Shown: in pieces, positions 54,288 to 63,252 of the stretch
Layout of the letters: each line of letters begins with the position of its first letter
Position numbering within the stretch: the first letter of the stretch is position 1
Assembly: GCF_018977255.1 (NCBI RefSeq)
Contig: NW_024704743.1
Span: forward strand, 48,548,001-48,612,000
Direction of reading: 5' to 3'
Origin: Callorhinchus milii
Taxonomy: Eukaryota
DNA length: 64,000 nucleotides
Notes under the pieces: generated by a model
What the model was told of the DNA's origin: nothing
Seen by the model: only the letters and a program-made list of their open reading frames with translations
The model's database searches: none
Program-made: the position numbers and the translations under genes

Positions 54288-56010
54288 TAGAAACATAGAA
54301 ACAGGAGTAGGCCATTCAGCCCCTTGAGCCTGTTCTGCCATTCTATAAGATCATGACAGATCTGTACCTCAACTCAAATTACCTGCTCTTGCCCCATATC
54401 CCTTAATACTCTGACTTAACAATAACTTATCCATTTCAGTCTTGAAGATGTGAATGGATCCAGCTCTAATTTTAAGATTATGCCCCCTTGTTCTGGATTC
54501 CCCACCAGAGGAAATAGTTTCTTTGTAACTACCCTATCAAATCCTTTTTATTATTTTAAAAACCTCAATCAAATCACCCCTCAACCTTCTAAACTCAAGG
54601 GAATAGAGACTAAGTTTACGCAACCTGTCCTCATAAATTAACCCTTTAAGCCCCAGTATCATTCTGGTGAATCTGTATTGCACCCCTCCAGAGCAAATAT
54701 ATCCTTCCTGAGGTGCAGTGCCCAAACCTGAATGCAGTACTCCAGATGGGGTCTGACCAATGCTCTATCTATAGTTTAAGCATCTTTTCCTCTGCTTTAT
54801 ATTTCAGCCCCCTCGAGATAAAAGCCAACATTCCATTAGCCTTTTTGATGACTTCTTGTACCTATTAATTTATTTTTAGTGATTTGTGTACTTGAACACC
54901 CAAATCCCTTTGCTCTTCCACAATTCTTAGTTTCTCACCATTTAGAAAATATTCTGTTTTGCTATTTTTTTGATCCATAGTGGATGACCTCACACTTCCC
55001 CAAATTGAATTCCATCTGTCACAGTTTTGTCCACTCACTTAATATGTCTAAATCCCTTTGTAAATTCCTGCTCCCATCTACACAATTTACTGTGCCTCCT
55101 AACTTTGTGTCATATGCAACTTTGGATATAAAACTCTCTCTTTCTTCATCCAAGTAATTTATATAAATAATATACCCCACCCACCATATATATGTATATA
55201 TATATATATATATATGGTGAAAAGATGAGGCCGCAGTACAGACCCCTGGGAATTACCACTTGGCACGTCCCGCCAATCAGAGAATGTTTCTTTTATCCCT
55301 ACTTTGTTTCGTGCCTCCCAATCAATTACCAACCCATGTCGCAAGGTTACCTCCGATTCCATGCGCGGAGCCTTATCAAATGCCTTCTGGAAGTCCATGT
55401 AGACAACATCCATAGACACTCTCTTATCCACCATGTTAGTGGCCTCCTCAAAAAATTAAATTACGTTTGTCAGACATGACCAACTCTTCACAAATCCATG
55501 CTGACTCTCTTTGATTAGCTCATATTTGTCGAAGTGCTCAGTCACTCAGTCCCTGATGAGAGATTCCAGTAACTTCCCCACAATTGAAGTTAAGCTGACA
55601 AGTCTGCAGTTACCCAGTTTCTCCCGCTTCCCTTCTTAAATAATGGAATGACATTTGCAATTCTCCAATCCAAGGGCACAATTCCCGAATATAGAGTTTT
55701 AGAAAATTATGACAAACGCACCTGCAATTTCCTCCCACACTTCCTTTAATACACTGGGGTGGAATCTATCAGGTCCTGGAGATTTGTGTATGTTTAGTCT
55801 CAATATTTTTTCCATTACCTTTTTTTATTTATATTAAAACCATTTAGTACTTCTCTTTGGCTTATTTTTAGGTTCCCTTGTCCTGCTGGTATTTTGTCCT
55901 CCTCCTCTACTGTGAAAACGGAAGCAAAGTATTTATTCAACAAGCCTGCCATTTCCTTATTGTCCATTAGAGACTCACCTACATCTGTCTTTAAAGGGTC
56001 CACTTTCCCT
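54288..56010 (-). mobile_element. CR1-type LINE, 5' truncated, with deletions and frameshifts
   Basis: LLNKYFASVFT, DVVYMDFQKAFDK, QGSVL, LYSLEFRRLRGDLIEVFKII and a TAGAAACA tail; internal (TA)n near 55186-55214. Confidence 0.92.
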
Positions 56011-56292
56011 GTATTTATAAGAGCAAATCCACTTTAACAAGAACTCCTAAACAGCCGAGAATCAAACTTCCCAGAATTCTGGAACTATGTTACATACTAC
56101 ATGGAGTAAACTACAGCCAACTTATCTGGAAGGCAAGTTCAGTATAGATCCTCCCGGGTCACAAGGGGGCACTGTGACTGGTGCGGGCACTCGGTAGATG
56201 TTGGACACACATTGCCTACAAACAGTCACTACACTTCACAGTAAAATCCTCTCAAGCGCTATGAGATGTTTTAACAACATGGTGAGGCACTG

Positions 56293-56754
56293 CAGTAAAC
56301 TCCTGATAACTCAACCCTGGCTATAGGGCGGAAGTTACAGTCCGGTTATCCAATAGACCAGAAGCTTCTGTGATGCATCTGAACATGAGTGTCCAACAAC
56401 AACAACAACAAAATTACATTTGTATGGCGCCTTTCATGTCGGGACAGACAGAGTTTCGGATCCGAGCTTGGGCTCGGGGTTGACCTCCACCGAGTGCCTC
56501 TCCAGTCACAGGATAGGGCGGGAAACCTCTGTGATACAAGATGACATCTTATAGGATGAGTTATCCGATCAATTTTATATTGTAATCACTTACAAGAATT
56601 TCTAGAATGTGACTAGTTATATGTTAAGTGGAGTGACAGTAAAGTAGAGTCCCTTGTTAACATTTCACATGAGAAGTGGCCGGGATATTGACAGCATGGT
56701 GACTTAAGTGGTAGTGACAAGTTAGGTCTGGGTTATGTTATCAGGAGTTTACTG
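56293..56754. mobile_element. TcMar-Tigger-like non-autonomous element
   Basis: Terminal inverted repeat CAGTAAACTCCTGATAAC / GTTATCAGGAGTTTACTG, with TA on the right and TG on the left; an L2 tail is nested at about 56395-56445. Confidence 0.6.
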
Positions 56755-56862
56755 TAGTGTCATGTTGAAACATCTCCAAGCACGTCACAGGATTTTACTG
56801 TAAAGTGTAGTAACTATTTGTTATGCAGCAGACATTTTGTGCACAGCAACACCCCACAAAAA

Positions 56863-57114
56863 TCTCAGCTCGCAAGCAAAAGGACCTAGGTTCGATTCAT
56901 GGTCAGAGCAAAACCTTAGGCAAGTTTCCTTACTCCACACACCTCTGTTTACCTAGCAGTAAGTAGGAACCCAGTTGCTAGTCGATTGGCAGAGTGCCCT
57001 CCGGGGTAATAAGCTTTCCACAAAACAAAGTGGTCACTCAATCCATAACTGTTTGTGGGACATTGCTGTGCGCAATTGGCTGCCACGTATCACCCACAAA
57101 ATACACAGTCAGAA
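56863..57114 (+). mobile_element. tRNA-derived SINE interrupted by the ERV
   Basis: B box ggttcgattc and family core; family similarity stops at atacacagtca, just before the LTR. Confidence 0.85.
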
Positions 57115-57611
57115 TGATGGATAAAAAGGCACAAATTATAACCTTTAGTAAACCCTGCAATGAGAAGCTTGGCAGACTGTGTTATCTGATCTTAGAAACG
57201 TGCAGCTCAACTGCATGGAACCAGTTACGACTGATTCCATGAAGGAAGTAAGCCCGAATCAACAGATATATGCGCAGACTAACCGCAGCCTTGGAGTATG
57301 AGACAATGGATAGTTGCCCAATACACATCCTATGTCTCGACCACATTGTCACCTACGACCAAATCTAACGATTGGAGGAGAAGGATCCTCCCCATACTTG
57401 TATAAATGCCATTGTTGAATCCTACAACGGGGTCGTCAGCTTGGTGAAGCTACGACCCTAACTCTGTACCAGACTGAACTGACTGGTCCTGAGTTAGTTG
57501 AATAAATGTACTCTTAGTGATTGAACTGTGTGACTGTGTTTATTGCTTGAATGAACTAACATCCAATTGCAGAAGTATACAAAGAAGGTAGAAACGGAAA
57601 ATTATCCAACA
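57115..57611 (+). repeat. 5' LTR (497 bp)
   Basis: TGATGGATAA...TTATCCAACA terminal inverted repeat (9/10 match), ATTGG at 57371, TATAAA at 57401, AATAAA at 57501, PBS directly downstream; the 3' LTR is outside the window. Confidence 0.85.
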
Positions 57612-57612
57612 T

Positions 57613-57630
57613 TGGGGGCTCGTCCGGGAT
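57613..57630 (+). promoter_or_regulatory. Primer binding site, tRNA-Pro
   Basis: TGGGGGCTCGTCCGGGAT, the canonical 18-nt MLV-type PBS-Pro. Confidence 0.97.
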
Positions 57631-57780
57631 CTCAATATCTTACGCCTTCGGGTGAGTATAGTCAGGTCCGGAGGAATCGGACACCAGGGATCGAAGAGGA
57701 TCTAGAGGCTGGTACGTAGAGGTCGAGACTGACTCACCTAGGAAAGGGTAAGTGACGAGATCATTTTAAATTCTGCAAGA

Positions 57781-60129
57781 ATGGGGTGTGTAGGCAGTAA
57801 AGGGGACTGTCGCAGCAGTTGTTGTAAGAAAGAAACCCGAGAATTAGTGAGTCGAAATGCGAAGGTTATGAATAAGGTAGTAGAAGGAAGTGGTGATTGG
57901 GAAACAATGTGGAAACGTAAATTTGGATTTGATGGGCGATTAAAACCTGAGAGTACACAAGAATTATTGAATAAAATAAAAGAGAAAAGTGGAGATGATA
58001 AGAAAAAACAATTGAAATATCATTATGGGGAAGCACAAGTATGGCATATGAAAGCCACGGAATATCGACGGCTGGGTGAATTGACAGAAACCAAAACAAA
58101 ACTATTGGCTTACACAGGGAAGGAGGATTTAGAGACTCCAGCCTCTCAACGCCCGGAAAATGGGCATGGTGCTCCACCAGCGTATGGGTCAGAACAGCCC
58201 ACGGCACCTTTAAACCGAGCATATAATCCGAGGACGCCAAACAATGCTGACCCATATGTCAGATGGCTCCATGATAATTATCAAAACAAATCCGCACTCC
58301 CGAGCTCCCCTTCAAACCCACCTATGCAGGTAAATGTAGGAACAGCAGGGAATTTCCCAATGATACAAGTGGCAGACGGACAGGGGAACACCCAGTACGT
58401 GTATAGGGCATGGGGAATGGAGGATGTTAAGAGGGCAATGATCGCCTGTCCCCATCCCAATCAAGGGGGAACCGAATTTCGAGATTTTATGTATCAAACC
58501 ATGGCAAGTTACAGGCTAAATAGTTTAGAAACCGAGCAGTGCATAAGAGAGGTGTTGCGTCAGGAATGGTGTCAGGTCGGGGGAGATTGGACAGCATTAG
58601 ACAATGAGGGAGCACCAAGAATGTATGACCGTCCACCGGTAGCAGCAAACCGCTCCCAGCATGATTATTGGGGACCCTTCGACCAATTAATGGGGAGAAT
58701 AGTTACATTTTATAGAGCCAGATGTAACTATTCGGCGATAACGGATTGTATTCAGGGAAAAGACGAAACGTGTATGCAATACTATACGCGATTGCGCAAG
58801 GTGTTTAATTCCAATAGTGGAATCGAACCACCACATCCACATGATGATACTGGAGTTTGGGCACAACAAATTAAGAATGCATTTCTGGCGGGAATGGTGC
58901 CCCATATTTCAAAATTGGTAAAACAACATCTAATAACATGGAGTACAGGGGCACTCCAGCCAGTATTAGATCATGCCATCCATTTTGAACGAATAACAAG
59001 GGAAGAGAAGAGGAATAATAGGCATAATGAGGGATTTATATCACAAGAAGTTAATAAACAACCATGGCAGAATAGAAAGAGGAAGCAAAAGAACAATAAT
59101 GGGGGAGAATGTTATGTTTGTGGGAAAATGGGACACTGGGCAAGGGATTGTCCAAACCGGTGGAAGTCCCAAAAGCCCGAAGAAGGAGAGGAGGAGAGAG
59201 AGGAGACTGAACGTATATTGGCGTTAATACAGTCTCCTGGGAGTGCTTGGTTGACATTAAGAGTGAATGGAATTGACATACCGTTTTTATGCGATTCAGG
59301 AGCATGTAGAACGGTTATTACGATGAGAGACGCAACTTTTCCTTATAAAAAGAGTCAGGAAAAAATTGATATTCGGTCAGCGTCCGGAGACTTAGAAACA
59401 CAATGCGTCACGGAACCTCTTGAATTCTGTTACAAGAATAAAGAGACTGTAGAAGCACAAGTGGTTATATCAATGACATGCCCGGTTAATTTACTAGGGA
59501 GAGATGTGTTAACTAAACTCAAGTTAGGAGTGATACCTATGGGTGACGACCGATGGGAAGCAGTTAAGGTTACGTACAAAAAAAAAATTGAAGATACCCT
59601 AATTATCCAAGAAAGGGGGGAACCACAATACTATTATGCCCTACAGTTAAAGGAAGGGCCAGGACAATTCCAACAGGAACTGCTTAGATTGGCACACCAG
59701 CGGGTCATGGAACAAAGTGACTTCCACCTGCCTGAGGATCTGCACTGTACCATGTGGTACCGTGAAAAAGGGGGAAGTTCGTTGCCATATGAGAGACATT
59801 TCAAATTGGGAAGTTCCACACGATTAACGATTCAATGTATATATTGGAATGCAACTGATATGGGAGGGAAAGTTTTACTCCAACCGTTAGATGATCAGCT
59901 ATACCAGGGAGAAGGGAACCCCCATGTATCAATTGCAAAGAGATGCAAAAAGTCATGGCAACAAGTGGGTAACCTGGTAGATTGTGGGATAAAAGCACAG
60001 GATTGGGAAGAGACTCAGGATGCAGGGATATGGTATTCCCCGAGGACAGGTCTCTACTCACAATGTTTGAATTGGGTGTATCAATGTGAAAGAGTTAGGA
60101 AGATGCACTCAGGGAAGATGGTTCCCTGA
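57781..60129 (+). CDS. gag-pro: Gag-protease-extra domain polyprotein (782 aa)
   Basis: MG myristoylation start, PPAY and PTAP late domains, MHR-like IQGKDETCMQYYTRL, CCHC knuckle CYVCGKMGHWARDC (59110-59151), protease LCDSGA (59293) and NLLGRD, then an HCT/HVS domain. Confidence 0.93.
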   Translation: MGCVGSKGDCRSSCCKKETRELVSRNAKVMNKVVEGSGDWETMWKRKFGFDGRLKPESTQELLNKIKEKSGDDKKKQLKYHYGEAQVWHMKATEYRRLGELTETKTKLLAYTGKEDLETPASQRPENGHGAPPAYGSEQPTAPLNRAYNPRTPNNADPYVRWLHDNYQNKSALPSSPSNPPMQVNVGTAGNFPMIQVADGQGNTQYVYRAWGMEDVKRAMIACPHPNQGGTEFRDFMYQTMASYRLNSLETEQCIREVLRQEWCQVGGDWTALDNEGAPRMYDRPPVAANRSQHDYWGPFDQLMGRIVTFYRARCNYSAITDCIQGKDETCMQYYTRLRKVFNSNSGIEPPHPHDDTGVWAQQIKNAFLAGMVPHISKLVKQHLITWSTGALQPVLDHAIHFERITREEKRNNRHNEGFISQEVNKQPWQNRKRKQKNNNGGECYVCGKMGHWARDCPNRWKSQKPEEGEEEREETERILALIQSPGSAWLTLRVNGIDIPFLCDSGACRTVITMRDATFPYKKSQEKIDIRSASGDLETQCVTEPLEFCYKNKETVEAQVVISMTCPVNLLGRDVLTKLKLGVIPMGDDRWEAVKVTYKKKIEDTLIIQERGEPQYYYALQLKEGPGQFQQELLRLAHQRVMEQSDFHLPEDLHCTMWYREKGGSSLPYERHFKLGSSTRLTIQCIYWNATDMGGKVLLQPLDDQLYQGEGNPHVSIAKRCKKSWQQVGNLVDCGIKAQDWEETQDAGIWYSPRTGLYSQCLNWVYQCERVRKMHSGKMVP
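59620..60110 (+). other. Candidate 2H phosphoesterase domain between protease and RT
   Basis: N-terminal strand YYYAL, motif DLHCTM (His codon 59743) and motif NPHVSI (His codon 59923). Confidence 0.7.
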
Positions 60130-62385
60130 CTGTTAGGAGTGGAAATAGAACAGGAGGCGGAGTTGAATGCTCTGCCTGATGCTCTATGGTCCAAAGGATC
60201 AGCTGACGTAGGACTAATAAAAGGGATTGAACCTATTAAAATCATACCAAAAGGAACACACCGCCCATACCAACGGCAGTATCCTATGAAACCAGAGGCC
60301 ATTGAAGGAATTGAACCCATAATTAAGGAACTTAAGGAGAAGGGCATCATAGTGGATTGCCCTGACTCTCCATGTAACACCCCCCTGTTCCCAGTAAAAA
60401 AGGTAGCGCCATCACAAGGGTGGCGATTGGTTCAGGATTTACAGGCTGTAAATAAGGCAGTGATTCCCCGGACCCCAGTTGTACCCGACCCCAATACCTT
60501 GCTGAACAATTTGCGACCTGATACAGCTTGGTTTACAGTAATTGATTTAGCAAATGCGTTTTTTTCTATTCCGGTTGACAAGGCCTCCCAATTTTGGTTT
60601 GCCTTCACATTTTTGGGAAGGAAATATACGTACACCAGATGTCCACAGGGATTTGTTGAATCCCCGGCCATATTCTCACAATGTATGGAAAGTAATCTGG
60701 CAAAATTTGAGCCCCCGGGTGGCAGTCAAGTTTTGTTGTATGTAGATGACATACTTATATGTTCCCCATCCAACGAAATTTGCCGCCAAGATTCTCTGGC
60801 CTGCTTAAAATTTTTGGGAGAATGGGGACATAAAGTGAGCCGAAAAAAGTTGCAATATTGTTTACCCGAGGTCAAATATCTGGGCCATGCAATTTCTAGG
60901 GAAGGAAAATCCTTATTAAAAGACAGAAAGCTTGCAATAATGCAAGCTCCGCGACCCGAAACTAAACAACAGATGATGTCATTTTTAGGAATGACTAACT
61001 TCTGCCGTGCATGGATCTCTTCATATGCGGAGCTAACTCAGCCCTTGTTAGGGCTGATTTATGATGCCCCTATGAAGGCACAGGATGCAATTGAATGGAA
61101 TCCAGAGGCTATAAAGGCATTTGAAATTATAAAAACCATTTTATCTGGGGCAGAGACCCTGGCGCATCCTGACCCTGCAAGGCCATATACTCAAACTGTT
61201 TGCGTTAAAAATGGGTTTATGGCATCTGTCCTATTACAACCATTTGGAACACGGATGAGGCCCGTGGCTTACTACTCACACCGACTGGATCCGGTGGCTC
61301 GAGGCCTTCCTTGCTGCTTACAAGCAGTGGAAGCAGCAGCCCTGGCTGTTCGCGCATCATTGCCCCTGGTCCTATACCAACCATTGAAGTTGTTGGTGCC
61401 GCATGCAGTCTCGGTATTATTGCTCCAAACTAAACACGCTTTCCTATCGCCAGCACGCCAGCTGTCCTGTATGGCCACATTGCTAACCTGCCCAAATGTA
61501 ACCATTGAACGATGTACAGTATTGAATCCGGCAACCTTGCTGCCGGTACCCTCCGAGGGTAGCCCGCATGACTGTTTGGAAGAAACCTCACAGTCAGTGG
61601 CGGCGCGAGTGGATTTGGCGGATACAAGGTTTGAGAATGCAGATGTGACATACTTTGTGGACGGTTCATGCAAAAAGGATACGGGGGGCCGTTCCCAAAG
61701 CAGTTACGCTGTATGCACTCAGGACACAGTAATAGAAGCAGCCAGACTCCCAGCAGGATATTCGGCACAAATGGCTGAACTTGTGGCGCTTACCCGAGCT
61801 TGCGTACTGGGGAAGGGAAAAGTTGTTAATATCTATACAGACTCACAATATGCCCATTCCACTTGCCACATATTTGCTGGACAGTGGCGAAATCGGGGTA
61901 TGGTTACCTCCACAGGGAAACCAATTTGCCATGCTGATTTAATATTGAACCTAATTGATGCATTACAACTCCCAAAACAATTAGCGATACTTAAGTGTGT
62001 TGCCCACACTTCTGCGAAGGACCTGGTGTCAAAGGGAAATGCCTTTGCAGATAAAACTGCCCAGGCAGTGCCCCTCGCAGAAGTATTAGTGTCACAAACA
62101 CCACCCTCGATTGACATGGCATTGATTAAAGCAATGCAATCAGAGGCAGGCACCCTTGAGAAGCGAGGATGGAAAAACATGGGATGCAAACTAAACACAT
62201 TCGGCATATGGGTTGGAAACACTGGACTGCCAGTTTTACCACGATCATTGTTTCCCATTGCAGCAGGATTGAGCCATGGCAAATGCCATGTCTCAAAAGG
62301 AGGGATGAGGACAATGATAGACCAACAATATACGACATTCGGACTAACCACTTATTTACAAAAATTTTGTCAACATGTATGTTGA
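60130..62385 (+). CDS. pol: Pol: reverse transcriptase, RNase H and start of integrase; in frame with gag-pro after the TGA
   Basis: PCNTPLFPVKK, QDLQAVN, IDLANAFF, PQGF, YVDD (60739-60750); RNase H FVDGS, AQMAEL and YTDS; HGKCH zinc-finger start. Confidence 0.95.
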   Translation: MLGVEIEQEAELNALPDALWSKGSADVGLIKGIEPIKIIPKGTHRPYQRQYPMKPEAIEGIEPIIKELKEKGIIVDCPDSPCNTPLFPVKKVAPSQGWRLVQDLQAVNKAVIPRTPVVPDPNTLLNNLRPDTAWFTVIDLANAFFSIPVDKASQFWFAFTFLGRKYTYTRCPQGFVESPAIFSQCMESNLAKFEPPGGSQVLLYVDDILICSPSNEICRQDSLACLKFLGEWGHKVSRKKLQYCLPEVKYLGHAISREGKSLLKDRKLAIMQAPRPETKQQMMSFLGMTNFCRAWISSYAELTQPLLGLIYDAPMKAQDAIEWNPEAIKAFEIIKTILSGAETLAHPDPARPYTQTVCVKNGFMASVLLQPFGTRMRPVAYYSHRLDPVARGLPCCLQAVEAAALAVRASLPLVLYQPLKLLVPHAVSVLLLQTKHAFLSPARQLSCMATLLTCPNVTIERCTVLNPATLLPVPSEGSPHDCLEETSQSVAARVDLADTRFENADVTYFVDGSCKKDTGGRSQSSYAVCTQDTVIEAARLPAGYSAQMAELVALTRACVLGKGKVVNIYTDSQYAHSTCHIFAGQWRNRGMVTSTGKPICHADLILNLIDALQLPKQLAILKCVAHTSAKDLVSKGNAFADKTAQAVPLAEVLVSQTPPSIDMALIKAMQSEAGTLEKRGWKNMGCKLNTFGIWVGNTGLPVLPRSLFPIAAGLSHGKCHVSKGGMRTMIDQQYTTFGLTTYLQKFCQHVC

Positions 62386-63237
62386 CAATGTATAACATGT
62401 TTACGCAATAACCCACAAGGACAACTAAAATGTAAACAAGGCAAGATTCCATTGGCAAAAGAACCCTTCTCTCATTGGATGATGGATTTCATCCATCTGA
62501 ACGTATGCGAAGGAAAGAAATATTGCCTAGTAATGGTATGTCCTTTCTCGGGTTGGGTAGAAGCTTTCCCCACCACCCATGTGGATGCAGTAACAGTGGC
62601 AAAGATATTATGCAGAGAAATAATACCAAGATGGGGTATCCCGCGAATATTATACAGTGATAATGGGCCGGAATTTAAGAATGAAGTCCTAAGAAATGTG
62701 GGGATCCACTTGGGGATAACCTTAAAGAACCACTGTGCCTACCATCCAGAGTCTGCAGGAATGGTAGAAAGACATAACGGGACACTTAAAAATAAGCTGA
62801 AGAAAGCCATGGAAACCACAGGGAAGGGTTGGGTGGCATGTCTACCGTTAGCACTGACAAGTATGAGAATTACACCTGGGAGCAAAAAACTCTCCCCATA
62901 TGAAATTGTTATGGGTAGAGCATATTATATGCCTCAGCTGGGAGAACGTACAGAATTGGAGGAGGCCGGACTTGCAGGATACATGAAAAAAATGTTTCAG
63001 AATAAAATGACTATGAGAAATGTATTACCTCCCCAGGAACTGAATGAGAACACCGAGCCATGCCCACTGCAGCCAGGAGATTGGACACTGATTAAAGACA
63101 TCAAAAGGAAGCATTGGCATCAACCAAAGTGGACAGGACCATATCAGGTGATACTAACCACACCAACAGCAGTACGGATTGCAGAACGAAACACCTGGGT
63201 CCACGTTAGCCACTGCAAGAAGACATCACCACTGTAA
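62386..63237 (+). CDS. pol: Integrase remainder, same frame after the in-frame TGA
   Basis: CITC completes HHCC; WMMDF, YSDNG and VERHN (DDE triad); GPY motif WTGPYQV. Confidence 0.93.
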   Translation, partial: QCITCLRNNPQGQLKCKQGKIPLAKEPFSHWMMDFIHLNVCEGKKYCLVMVCPFSGWVEAFPTTHVDAVTVAKILCREIIPRWGIPRILYSDNGPEFKNEVLRNVGIHLGITLKNHCAYHPESAGMVERHNGTLKNKLKKAMETTGKGWVACLPLALTSMRITPGSKKLSPYEIVMGRAYYMPQLGERTELEEAGLAGYMKKMFQNKMTMRNVLPPQELNENTEPCPLQPGDWTLIKDIKRKHWHQPKWTGPYQVILTTPTAVRIAERNTWVHVSHCKKTSPL

Positions 63238-63252
63238 GGAGCAACTAGCAAG

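Noticed and set aside
54..56003. Numerous 60-166 aa ORFs in the supplied track
   Set aside because: They have no recognisable domains, or they are translations of SINE, LINE or microsatellite sequence; this many short ORFs is expected by chance. Only the SNX10 exon inside ORF 47257-47589 and the transposon remnants are supported.
47480..57114. Upstream SNX10 exon (LPELP...RRQGLE)
   Set aside because: No matching minus-strand exon seen; probably beyond the window.
61272..62458. Antisense ORFs (110-172 aa) overlapping pol as a possible HBZ-like antisense gene
   Set aside because: No motif and mostly alternative start codons; open antisense frames are a common shadow of long coding sequence.
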